Source: Boseongicola sp. (lineage in GTDB: Bacteria; Pseudomonadota; Alphaproteobacteria; Rhodobacterales; Rhodobacteraceae). Taken from it: a stretch of 49,988 nt of DNA. A program made the translations under genes and the position numbers. Location: assembly GCA_029287375.1 (NCBI GenBank), contig JARFRG010000087.1, positions 1-49,988 of the forward strand, given 5' to 3'. This document shows, one piece after another, positions 8,893 through 17,449 of the stretch. The stretch's first letter is position 1. Every line of letters starts with the position of its first letter. The notes under the pieces were generated by a model. The model was not told where the DNA came from. It worked only from the letters and a program-made list of their open reading frames with translations, and searched no databases.

Positions 8893-9543
8893 ATGAAGCA
8901 AGCACGCCCGCTTCCCGGCTATCTGGTCAGTCGCTACAAAGGCTGGAAAGCAACCACTTACGACGACAATCAGGCGTGGTATCGCCACCTTGCCGCCGAT
9001 GGTCAGCATCCGCGCGCAATGATCATCTCGTGCTGCGACAGTCGGGTCCATGTCACATCCATTTTCGGCGCAGACTCAGGCGAATTCTTCATCCACCGAA
9101 ATATCGCAAGCCTCGTGCCACCATGCGAACCCGACGGCGACCACCACGGCACTTCCGCAGCGGTCGAATACGCCGTGACCGGCCTCAAAGTCGCGCATGT
9201 CATCATCCTTGGTCACTCGAACTGTGGCGGCGTCGCCGAATGCCACCGGATGTGTTCCGGCAATGCACCCGAACTTGAAGAAAGCACCAGCTTTGTCGGG
9301 CGATGGATGGACATTCTGCGCCCCGGATTTGACCGCCTGCCGCCCAGCAAAGACGAAGAAACCGCTCTGCGCGATCTCGAAAAAGAAGCCGTCCTGGTCT
9401 CGCTCGAGAACCTGATGACCTTCCCCTTCGTGGCAGACGCCGTGGATCGCGGTGACCTGACGCTACATGGGCTCCTCAAAGACATCACCACAGGCGTTTT
9501 GCTGAACTACGACACCCGCGCGAACGGGTTCGTCCCGGTGTGA
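8893..9543 (+). CDS. Beta-class carbonic anhydrase
   Basis: CCDSRV and GHSNCGG zinc-ligand motifs, HRNIA, AAVEYAV. Confidence 0.95.
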   Translation: MKQARPLPGYLVSRYKGWKATTYDDNQAWYRHLAADGQHPRAMIISCCDSRVHVTSIFGADSGEFFIHRNIASLVPPCEPDGDHHGTSAAVEYAVTGLKVAHVIILGHSNCGGVAECHRMCSGNAPELEESTSFVGRWMDILRPGFDRLPPSKDEETALRDLEKEAVLVSLENLMTFPFVADAVDRGDLTLHGLLKDITTGVLLNYDTRANGFVPV

Positions 9544-9592
9544 CCCGCGCAGGTCCTCTCTCTGTAGCCCCTCAATAACCGGGACAGACATT

Positions 9593-10570
9593 TTGAACGA
9601 AATTCTTTCGCTCGCTGCGGACAATCTGATCTCCCCGATTATCCTCAGTTTCGTCCTTGGCCTTGCCGCAGCCTTTGCCCGCTCAGATCTGTCCGTGCCG
9701 GAAGCGGTCGCCAAGGGAATGTCGATCTACCTCCTCTTTGCCATCGGTTTCAAAGGGGGCGCAGGCGTCGCAGCGCACGGCGTCGACCAAACGCTGGTTC
9801 TGTCTCTGATCGCAGGCATAATCTTGTCTTTTGGCCTGCCAATCATCGCCTTCCTCCTGCTGCGCGTTCTCACAAACTTTGACACGATCAACCGCGCGGC
9901 CGTCGCTGCACACTACGGTTCGATCTCAATTGTCACCTTTGTCGCTGCCACCTCGGTTCTCGACGGCCGTGGTATCGAAAGCGAAGGCTATATGGTCGCT
10001 GTTGCCGCCGCGATGGAAGCACCGGCCATCATCTCGGCCCTCTGGCTCTTGTCGCGATCCGGCGGGCAGGGTCAGGCAGATAGCGCGCTTTACCGAGAAA
10101 TTCTCACCAACGGCTCGATCGTCCTTCTCGTCGGCGCGTTCCTCATCGGTGGCATTACCGGCGAAAAGGGCCTCGCGACGATTTCGTCCTTCATTGTCGC
10201 ACCTTTTCAGGGCGTCTTGTGCCTGTTTTTGCTGGACATGGGCCTCGTCGCTGGCCGCGGCTTGCGCGAAAGTCGCGGCGACCTCGGGCTTGGCGCCGTC
10301 GCATTTGGCTTGATCATGCCTCCGGTCGGCGCGGCCATCGGCCTCGTCTTCGCGCTCGTCATCGGACTGTCAGCCGGAGGCGCCGCCCTGATGATGGTGC
10401 TGTCAGCCTCGGCCTCCTACATCGCCGTACCCGCCGCGATGCGCGTCGCCCTGCCCGAAGCCAAGCCGTCGATCTACCTCACCCTGTCGCTTGGCGTGAC
10501 ATTCCCCTTCAATCTGGTGATCGGCATCCCGATTTACGTCGCCGTCGCCACCCAAATCATCGGAGGCTGA
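9593..10570 (+). CDS. sbtA: Sodium-dependent bicarbonate transporter SbtA family
   Basis: YLLFAIGFKGG, AHYGSISIVTF, LFLLDMG, ASASYIAVPAAMR and TFPFN motifs; about 10 TM segments. Confidence 0.9.
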   Translation: MNEILSLAADNLISPIILSFVLGLAAAFARSDLSVPEAVAKGMSIYLLFAIGFKGGAGVAAHGVDQTLVLSLIAGIILSFGLPIIAFLLLRVLTNFDTINRAAVAAHYGSISIVTFVAATSVLDGRGIESEGYMVAVAAAMEAPAIISALWLLSRSGGQGQADSALYREILTNGSIVLLVGAFLIGGITGEKGLATISSFIVAPFQGVLCLFLLDMGLVAGRGLRESRGDLGLGAVAFGLIMPPVGAAIGLVFALVIGLSAGGAALMMVLSASASYIAVPAAMRVALPEAKPSIYLTLSLGVTFPFNLVIGIPIYVAVATQIIGG

Positions 10571-10573
10571 ACC

Positions 10574-10885
10574 ATGCAAACCCATGACGCCAAACGCGTG
10601 GAAATCATCATTGAAGCCCCCCTCGAACGTCGTCTCACAGACGCCCTGCGCGCTGCCGATGTCACAGGTTACACAGTGCTCCCGGTCCTAGGAGGCTCCG
10701 GTGCCTCAGGCACATGGAGCCGCGAAGGCCAGGTCTCGCGCGCTTCCGGGATGGTGTCCGTTGTCTGCCTGATCCGTCCGGATCGGCTCGATACGCTGCT
10801 GGACGCTGCCTTCACCGTTGTTGAAAAACACATTGGTGTTGTCTCAATCTGTGACGCGCAGGTCTTGCGTGCGGAACGGTTCTAA
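10574..10885 (+). CDS. sbtB: PII-like SbtB regulator
   Basis: KRVEII, GYTV..V.G.G and C-terminal VLRAERF; starts 3 bp after sbtA. Confidence 0.85.
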   Translation: MQTHDAKRVEIIIEAPLERRLTDALRAADVTGYTVLPVLGGSGASGTWSREGQVSRASGMVSVVCLIRPDRLDTLLDAAFTVVEKHIGVVSICDAQVLRAERF

Positions 10886-10892
10886 AATTCTG

Positions 10893-11066
10893 TTATTGCG
10901 TTAGAATCCGGGCTTCCAAAGGACGGCTTCGCACCGACCGGAACACCGGATCGCGCGAGCGTGTTGATCGGAATTGCCGGATCACGCGCACCGCGTCGCG
11001 GGCTTTGTCGGACAAGACTTCGGTCGCTTCAGCAGGTTTCATCGTGTCGTCAAATTTCGATTGCAT
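10893..11066 (-). CDS. Small hypothetical protein, 57 aa (absent from the ORF track)
   Basis: AAGGAG RBS; MQSKFDDTMKPAEATEVLSDKARDAVRVIRQFRSTRSRDPVFRSVRSRPLEARILTQ. Confidence 0.55.
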   Translation of the reverse strand: MQSKFDDTMKPAEATEVLSDKARDAVRVIRQFRSTRSRDPVFRSVRSRPLEARILTQ

Positions 11067-11124
11067 CGTGTTCTCCTTGGGGCATCGGCATACTCGGAGA
11101 ACTGGTTACTGGACTAAGGTCATT

Positions 11125-11409
11125 TCAGGCTGTTGCGTTTGGAACCAAACATAGAAAGCGTCCCGGCATGGCCTTGTGGCTTGCCCGTTGAGCACGCGAG
11201 CGCGCCAAAGGCACCACGTCAGCGGGAACCAAGCGGCGCACACTGCGCGCCACGTCCACCGCATCAAAGGAAAGGATGCGCGCTGTGGCCTGACCCGAAT
11301 GAGAAACAGGTTCCGCGACAGCTTTCGACAGACGCTTCATCGCCCGTTTCTCTCGCGCCTCCAAACCCTTCATCAAGGTCAGTACGTGGTCTTCTGTGAT
11401 GGGTGTCAT
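11125..11409 (-). CDS. Hypothetical protein, 94 aa
   Basis: ORF with GGGGGA RBS-like sequence in an otherwise unoccupied gap. Confidence 0.5.
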   Translation of the reverse strand: MTPITEDHVLTLMKGLEAREKRAMKRLSKAVAEPVSHSGQATARILSFDAVDVARSVRRLVPADVVPLARSRAQRASHKAMPGRFLCLVPNATA

Positions 11410-11471
11410 GGCGGTTATCCCCCGTGTCTTTCCCGGTGTATTTCAACGTTAACGCATCAAAGCTTTCGTCG

Positions 11472-11515
11472 AATTGTGGCGGGATTGGTGCCAGATTGCG
11501 GCAAAACCGTGGCAA
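11472..11515. promoter_or_regulatory. Four phased 11-bp direct repeats (GC-N9-GC)
   Basis: aattgtggcgg/gattggtgcca/gattgcggcaa/aaccgtggcaa with GC at 11479, 11490, 11501 and 11512. Confidence 0.5.
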
Positions 11516-11697
11516 TCCGGCAACCCAAGGCTGCAACTCCCCACCAGAATCAGCCGCAGGCGTGTAAAAGCCCTTTTCTGCATGGTGCTTGGGGCAGCGC
11601 CCGTGCTCCCGGCAAAAAAGATCATCTTCACCATTAAAAACGCGCGATCAGGACAATACGCGCCCGTGCCTGCGACTTTGGAAAATCGATCAACAAT

Positions 11698-11724
11698 AAA
11701 AAAGGCGCCCCGGTTGGGACGCCC
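11698..11724 (-). terminator. asd terminator
   Basis: GGCGTCCC-aacc-GGGGCGCC-TTTTTT on the minus strand. Confidence 0.85.
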
Positions 11725-11751
11725 ATTTGCGCTTCACTGATTCTGCCCGGA

Positions 11752-12774
11752 TCAGCCCTTTTTCAGGACCCGATTCCCCAAAAGCTCTGCGATTTGCACC
11801 GCATTCAAAGCAGCGCCTTTTCGCAGGTTGTCGCTGACACACCAAAGGTTCAGGCCGTTGTCGATCGTGCTGTCCTGACGGATACGGCTGATGAACGTGG
11901 CATAGTCGCCAGCGCATTCCACCGGCGTCACATAGCCACCGTCTTCGCGCTTATCGATCACCATAATGCCGGGGCTTTCCCGCAGGATGTCGCGCGCCTC
12001 ATCTTCGTCCAGAAACTCCTCTGTCTCGATGTTGATCGATTCAGAATGTCCCACGAACACAGGCACCCGGACGCAGGTCGCCGTAACCTTGATCTTCTTG
12101 TCGATGATCTTCTTCGTCTCGGCGACCATCTTCCATTCTTCTTTGGTCGATCCGTCATCCATAAAGACATCAATATGCGGGATCACGTTGAACGCGATCT
12201 GCTTGGTGAACTTCTTGGGTGGCTTGTCGTCAGTTGGGTTGTAAATGCTCTTTGTCTGATCCCAAAGTTCATCAATGGCCTCTTTGCCGGCACCCGACAC
12301 CGATTGATAGGTGCTGACCACAACCCGCTTGATCGTCGCGCGGTCGTGCAAAGGCTTCAACGCCACAACCATCTGGGCCGTCGAGCAATTCGGGTTCGCA
12401 ATGATATTTTTCTTGGAATACCCCTCAATCGCGTCGGGGTTAACCTCGGGGACAATCAACGGAACATCCGGGTCATAACGATACAGCGACGAGTTATCGA
12501 TCACGACGCAGCCAGCTTTTGCAGCTTTGGGCGCATAGATCTTCGTCGCGTCCGATCCGATGGCAAACAACGCCATGTCGAAGCCCGTGAAATCAAACGT
12601 ATCAAGGTCTTTGGTCTTGAGCGTCTTGTCTCCATAGCTAACCTGAGTGCCAAGAGATTTGCGGCTCGCAAGAGCCACAACTTCATCGGCAGGGAACTGG
12701 CGTTCGGCCAGAATATTCAGCATTTCGCGACCCACGTTGCCCGTGGCGCCGACGACGGCGACCCGATAACCCAC
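11752..12774 (-). CDS. asd: Aspartate-semialdehyde dehydrogenase
   Basis: GATGNVG, NPNCST, STYQSVSGAG, DNLRKGAALN; GGAGG precedes GTG 12774. Confidence 0.97.
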   Translation of the reverse strand: MGYRVAVVGATGNVGREMLNILAERQFPADEVVALASRKSLGTQVSYGDKTLKTKDLDTFDFTGFDMALFAIGSDATKIYAPKAAKAGCVVIDNSSLYRYDPDVPLIVPEVNPDAIEGYSKKNIIANPNCSTAQMVVALKPLHDRATIKRVVVSTYQSVSGAGKEAIDELWDQTKSIYNPTDDKPPKKFTKQIAFNVIPHIDVFMDDGSTKEEWKMVAETKKIIDKKIKVTATCVRVPVFVGHSESINIETEEFLDEDEARDILRESPGIMVIDKREDGGYVTPVECAGDYATFISRIRQDSTIDNGLNLWCVSDNLRKGAALNAVQIAELLGNRVLKKG

Positions 12775-12932
12775 TTTGACCTCCATAATGTCTTTGGACG
12801 AAGGGAGCCTTAGCCGCTATCGGGCCGATGGGAAAGCCCTCTGCGCGCGATCACCCACGAATTTCGGCGGGTGCATGCGCATCCCCACATCTGGGGGCAG
12901 ACAGCCCCGTCCCGACACCCTATCTAAAGAGC

Positions 12933-13412
12933 ATGACGAAAGACCTCCCCTACCGCGCCTGCGCAGGCGTTGTCCTTGTGAACGCTGACGGCCGCATTTT
13001 TACCGGCGAACGCGTTGACACGCCCGGAGCCTGGCAAATGCCGCAGGGCGGGATTGACGACGGCGAAACCTTTGAAGCCGCCGCCTTGCGTGAATTGAAA
13101 GAAGAAACCGGCCTTCCCGCCAGTGCAGTCACCGTGGAAGCCATTCTTGATGGATGGGTCACCTACGACTTGCCGCCGCATCTTCTGGGCAAGATATGGA
13201 AAGGCCGGTATCGGGGCCAAAAGCAAAAATGGGCGCTTTTGCGGTTCCACGGACGCGATGCCGACATCGATCTCACCGCACACGACATCGAATTCGCCCG
13301 ATGGCGCTGGTCATCACCCGACGAGGTCTTGCGCGATATCGTCCCCTTCAAACGCGCGGTCTATGCCGAAGTGATCGCCGCATTCCGCGACCGACTGGAG
13401 CCCGCCTCATGA
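12933..13412 (+). CDS. rppH: RNA pyrophosphohydrolase (Nudix)
   Basis: LPYR, WQMPQGG, Nudix box ALRELKEETG, GQKQKW, VPFKR. Confidence 0.9.
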   Translation: MTKDLPYRACAGVVLVNADGRIFTGERVDTPGAWQMPQGGIDDGETFEAAALRELKEETGLPASAVTVEAILDGWVTYDLPPHLLGKIWKGRYRGQKQKWALLRFHGRDADIDLTAHDIEFARWRWSSPDEVLRDIVPFKRAVYAEVIAAFRDRLEPAS

Positions 13413-13882
13413 AAACTGTTCTTCTGGCCGCTTTGCTCCTTGCCACCGCAGGCCCGGCCTTTGCGCTTTCGTGCCTTCGCCCTGACGCCGTGCGCCTTTA
13501 CGAAAAAGCCCGCGACAGCAAAGACACCTACGTCGCTGTGCGCGGTCGGATTGATCTGACCGAACCAGCGAACGCCCCTGTTCCCGATAGCGACTTCCCG
13601 TCGATCACGCTTGCCAAGATGAGCGGCTACGCTCTGACCTCCCACGGTTTCGGAGCGCTGTTCAACCGCGAGATCGAAATCCACGCAACTTGCCTCGGCC
13701 CCTGGTGTGGCAGCGCAGAGGCGTTCGAAGGTGAACAGCTCGCGGTTCTGAAAGTTGGTGACAACAACACCTACAGGCTGGCAGCCGACCCATGTGGGGG
13801 GGATGCCGTGTTTTGGTCGAAAGACGCAGAAAACCGTTTGCTTGCGTGCCATCGCAACGGAACCTGCGTCACGGGCGACTGA
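13409..13882 (+). CDS. Secreted Cys-containing hypothetical protein
   Basis: Signal peptide (AFA-LSC), six Cys, ATGA overlap with rppH. Confidence 0.75.
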   Translation: MKTVLLAALLLATAGPAFALSCLRPDAVRLYEKARDSKDTYVAVRGRIDLTEPANAPVPDSDFPSITLAKMSGYALTSHGFGALFNREIEIHATCLGPWCGSAEAFEGEQLAVLKVGDNNTYRLAADPCGGDAVFWSKDAENRLLACHRNGTCVTGD

Positions 13883-13892
13883 TGCGCGGATC

Positions 13893-13922
13893 TGCAAAGG
13901 ATATTTTTGGGAAGATTGAAAG
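13893..13922 (-). repeat. Dispersed repeat, partial copy R4
   Basis: CTTTCAATCTTCCCAAAAATATCC matches the repeat head. Confidence 0.6.
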
Positions 13923-14007
13923 AGAACACCGACCCTGCGTTCCGAGAGAGAGGCAGGGCCGGTCGAGAACGAACACTCGCTACACACTCAGGAAGATATC
14001 TTTCCCC
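13918..14007 (-). ncRNA. Candidate ~90-nt small RNA with CU-rich loop
   Basis: TTGATC-N17-CACAAT promoter (14042-14014); hairpin ACCGGCCCTGC-ctctctctcggaac-GCAGGGTCGGT followed by GTTCTCTTTC. Confidence 0.55.
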
Positions 14008-14146
14008 GCTTTGATTGTGCCAAGGCATATGTGGTTGATCAACGCCACACCCACCCAAGCTGCGAACTCTGCCTAAGAGTGCCCCGATCTGTGCGAATGC
14101 CGGACAATCTGCCTAAAACCGAGGCACGAAAGAATACTGGAAAAGA

Positions 14147-14161
14147 GAACAAAACGTGAAT
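14147..14161 (+). promoter_or_regulatory. Alphaproteobacterial LexA (SOS) box
   Basis: GAAC-AAAACGT-GAAT, one mismatch to GAAC-N7-GAAC, upstream of dnaE2. Confidence 0.75.
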
Positions 14162-14218
14162 ATCTTGCACTGTAATCCCGAGTCGCTGGTTTCTCCATGC
14201 CTTTGGCATGGCGATCCA

Positions 14219-14266
14219 CCGGGGGCGCCGCCCCCGGACCCCCGAGGTATTTTTGAAAGGATGAAA
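14219..14266 (-). repeat. Dispersed palindromic repeat, copy R2
   Basis: TTTCATCCTTTCAAAAATACCTCGGGGGTCCGGGGGCGGCGCCCCCGG. Confidence 0.85.
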
Positions 14267-14273
14267 CAGACAC

Positions 14274-17200
14274 GTGGCCTTTGCCGAACTGGATATCACA
14301 TCGAATTTTACCTTCCTGACAGGCGCGAGCCATGCTGAGGAATATGTCGACCGGGCTGCGCTTTTGGGATTACAGGCGCTGGCGATTACCGACGAGAACT
14401 CGGTCGCAGGGATTGTGCGCGCCCATACACGTGTGCGCGAAATCGCGCGGCAGGTGGCCGCGATTCAAAGCGGCGATCTGATCGGACCACCCGCACCCGT
14501 CGGTCTCTGGATCCAAAAACCGCAAGTCTTCGAAAGCTACCCCGGCGGGTCCGGACGACGCAGAAACGGCACCCTCGCCCCGGAAGAAACCGAAGATTTC
14601 CTCGACGGTCCCAAAGCCGCCTTTGAGACCCGCGTGCAACCGCCCCCTCTCGACGCCTCCGCCGCCATCCTGAATGTCCCTCGCCTGATCCCCGGTGCGC
14701 GCATCGTGCTGGACACCGGCTTTACCGTCACCACCCTGCCGAAAGACCGGCAGGGCTGGGCGCATCTGTGCCGCCTGATCTCGCGCGGACGCCTGCGCGC
14801 CGAAAAAGGCAGCTGCCAGTTGCGCATCGACGATCTGGTGGAGCTTGGCGCAAACCTTGCCCTTCTGATCCACCCGCCAAACGTGCAGACCGCAAAGCGC
14901 GGTGCAAATGGATGGCGACAAGAGGCCAAACGCCTGATCCGCCGCTTCGGCCCTGATTGCCACCTGCTGATCGCACCGCGCTACGACGGCCAGGATCCTG
15001 ACCGCTTCGACCGCCTTGCGCGCCTCGCCGATGACCTGAACCTGCCCACGATCGCCAGCGCATCACCCCGCATGCACCACGGGTCACGCCGCAAACTGGC
15101 CGACGTCCTGACCGCCGTGCGCACTGGCTGCAAAGTAGACGACCTCGGGCGTGCCGCCCTTGCCAACGCCGAACAGCGCCTGCGATCCGAAGCCGAAATG
15201 CGCCGCCTCCTTGGCCCCCACGCCAAAGCCGTCACCCGTGCAGCCACCCTCGCTGACAGTCTCACCTTCTCGCTTGATGAACTGCGCTACGAGTACCCCT
15301 CCGAAGTCACCAACGGCGAAACCGCACCCGAACGTCTCGCGCGTCTCGCCCATGAAGGCCTGAAATGGCGCTACCCCGCAGGCGCATCCGATCACGTCAA
15401 AACCCTACTCGCGCATGAACTCACCCTCATCGCAAAGCTTAAATACGAGCCTTACTTCCTCACAGTCCGTGACATCGTCGCCTTCGCCCGCTCTCGCAAT
15501 ATTCTCTGTCAGGGTCGCGGATCGGCCGCCAATTCCGTCGTCTGCTACGCCTTGGGCGTCACATCCGTCAGCCCCGAGATCGGCACAATGGTCTTTGAGC
15601 GCTTCGTCTCAGAAGCCCGCGACGAACCCCCCGACATCGACGTCGATTTTGAACACGAACGCCGCGAAGAGGTGATCCAGCACATCTACGAGCGCTACGG
15701 CCGCCACCGCGCGGGCCTCTGCGCCACCGTCGTCCACTACCGCGGCAAACGCGCCATCCGCGAGGTTGGCCGCGCCATGGGTCTCACCGAAGACACGATC
15801 AGCGCGATCTCCTCCCAGCTTTGGGGCTTCTTCGACACTTCCGGCATGGCCGACCAGCAACTGAGGGAAATCGGCCTCGACCCCACCGACCGCCGCCTCG
15901 CCCAAACCCTGAAACTCATCTTCGAAATCCAGGGCTTCCCCCGTCACCTCTCCCAACACGTCGGAGGTTTCATCATCACCGAAGGCCGCCTCGACGAATT
16001 GGTCCCCATCGAAAACGCCACCATGGAAGACCGCACCGTCATCTGCTGGGACAAAGACGATATCGACAGCTTAGGCATCCTCAAAGTCGACATTCTCGCC
16101 CTCGGCATGCTGTCCTGCATCCGCAAGGCCTTCGACCTGATCAACCGCCACCACCACATCGACTACACGCTGGCGACGCTGCCCCCCGAAGATCCCGCAA
16201 CCTACGATATGCTCTGCCGCGCCGACTCTCTTGGCGTTTTCCAGGTCGAAAGCCGCGCGCAAATGAACTTCCTGCCGCGCATGAAACCCCGCACCTTCTA
16301 TGACCTCGTCATTGAGACGGCCATCATCCGCCCCGGCCCCATCCAAGGCGACATGGTCCACCCCTTCATCCGCCGCAGAAACGGCGAGGAAAAGGTCGAA
16401 TTCCCCTCGGACGAGCTTGGCAAAGTCCTTGGCAAAACCCTCGGCGTGCCACTGTTCCAAGAACAAGCCATGCAAATCGCCATCGTCGGCGCCAACTTCA
16501 CGCCCGAACAAGCCGACCGCCTGCGCCGATCTCTGGCAACCTTCAAAAAACACGGCAACGTGTCCGAATTCCGCACTCTCTTCATGAAAGGCATGCATAA
16601 CAACGGCTACGACACAGACTTTGCCGAACGCTGTTTCTCCCAGATCGAAGGTTTCGGCTCCTACGGCTTCCCCGAAAGCCACGCCGCCTCCTTCGCGCTC
16701 CTCGTCTACGCCTCAAGCTGGCTCAAATGCCACCACCCCGGCATCTTCGCCTGCGCGCTCCTCAACTCCCAACCCATGGGCTTTTACGCCCCGGCGCAAA
16801 TCGTGCGAGACGCAAGCGAACACGACGTCGAAATACGGCCAGTCGATATCAACGCATCGACCTGGGACAACATCATGGAAGGCGACGGCAAAGGCGGCCT
16901 CGCCCTGCGCCTCGGCTTCCGCCAGATCAAGAGCATGCGCGAAGAAGAAGCCACATGGATCGCGGCTGCACGCGGCAACGGGTATCTGTCGGTCGAAGAT
17001 GTCTGGCGCCGCGCAGGCCTGCCGCCGCGCTACCTGCGCGTCCTCGCAGAGGCCGACGCCTTTGCCTCTCTCGACATCACACGCCGCGACGCGCTCTGGG
17101 CCGCCGCCGCCATCTCGTCGGAAAAACCACTACCCCTTTTCTCCGGCGATATGGACGGCGAAGGCATCTTCGAACCCCTCGCCAACCTGCCGAAAATGTC

Positions 17201-17339
17201 TCTCGGAGAAGAAGTCGTCGAAGACTATGTCTCGATGCGCCTCACCTTACGCGCCCACCCCATGGCCTTCCTGCGCCATAAACTCACGCCGGGATACAAA
17301 CCGCTCGACACCACTTCGGAAACTGCTTCACCCTTTTAA
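14274..17339 (+). CDS. dnaE2: Error-prone DNA polymerase DnaE2/ImuC, C-terminally short
   Basis: SNFTFLTGASH PHP start, GRGSAANS, PPDIDVDFEHERREE, KVDILALG, YGFPESHA, NSQPMGFY; ends soon after LRAHPMAFLR. Confidence 0.93.
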   Translation: MAFAELDITSNFTFLTGASHAEEYVDRAALLGLQALAITDENSVAGIVRAHTRVREIARQVAAIQSGDLIGPPAPVGLWIQKPQVFESYPGGSGRRRNGTLAPEETEDFLDGPKAAFETRVQPPPLDASAAILNVPRLIPGARIVLDTGFTVTTLPKDRQGWAHLCRLISRGRLRAEKGSCQLRIDDLVELGANLALLIHPPNVQTAKRGANGWRQEAKRLIRRFGPDCHLLIAPRYDGQDPDRFDRLARLADDLNLPTIASASPRMHHGSRRKLADVLTAVRTGCKVDDLGRAALANAEQRLRSEAEMRRLLGPHAKAVTRAATLADSLTFSLDELRYEYPSEVTNGETAPERLARLAHEGLKWRYPAGASDHVKTLLAHELTLIAKLKYEPYFLTVRDIVAFARSRNILCQGRGSAANSVVCYALGVTSVSPEIGTMVFERFVSEARDEPPDIDVDFEHERREEVIQHIYERYGRHRAGLCATVVHYRGKRAIREVGRAMGLTEDTISAISSQLWGFFDTSGMADQQLREIGLDPTDRRLAQTLKLIFEIQGFPRHLSQHVGGFIITEGRLDELVPIENATMEDRTVICWDKDDIDSLGILKVDILALGMLSCIRKAFDLINRHHHIDYTLATLPPEDPATYDMLCRADSLGVFQVESRAQMNFLPRMKPRTFYDLVIETAIIRPGPIQGDMVHPFIRRRNGEEKVEFPSDELGKVLGKTLGVPLFQEQAMQIAIVGANFTPEQADRLRRSLATFKKHGNVSEFRTLFMKGMHNNGYDTDFAERCFSQIEGFGSYGFPESHAASFALLVYASSWLKCHHPGIFACALLNSQPMGFYAPAQIVRDASEHDVEIRPVDINASTWDNIMEGDGKGGLALRLGFRQIKSMREEEATWIAAARGNGYLSVEDVWRRAGLPPRYLRVLAEADAFASLDITRRDALWAAAAISSEKPLPLFSGDMDGEGIFEPLANLPKMSLGEEVVEDYVSMRLTLRAHPMAFLRHKLTPGYKPLDTTSETASPF

Positions 17340-17358
17340 AATACCTCTGGGGCCGCCC
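17326..17358 (+). repeat. Dispersed repeat, copy R3, containing the dnaE2 stop codon
   Basis: CTTCACCCTTTTAAAATACCTCTGGGG; TAA at 17337-17339 lies inside it. Confidence 0.75.
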
Positions 17359-17449
17359 AATCCAACCAACACGACCCCAAATTTGCGACTGAGCCAACGA
17401 CCGCTATGCGCTCCTTCGAAATGAAGGGGCCTGTCACCGCAACGTCATC

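Noticed and set aside
14008-14022. sigma54-like TGGCAC-N5-AAGC on the minus strand
   Set aside because: The -12 element is poor, and a well-spaced sigma70 -35/-10 pair explains the same bases.
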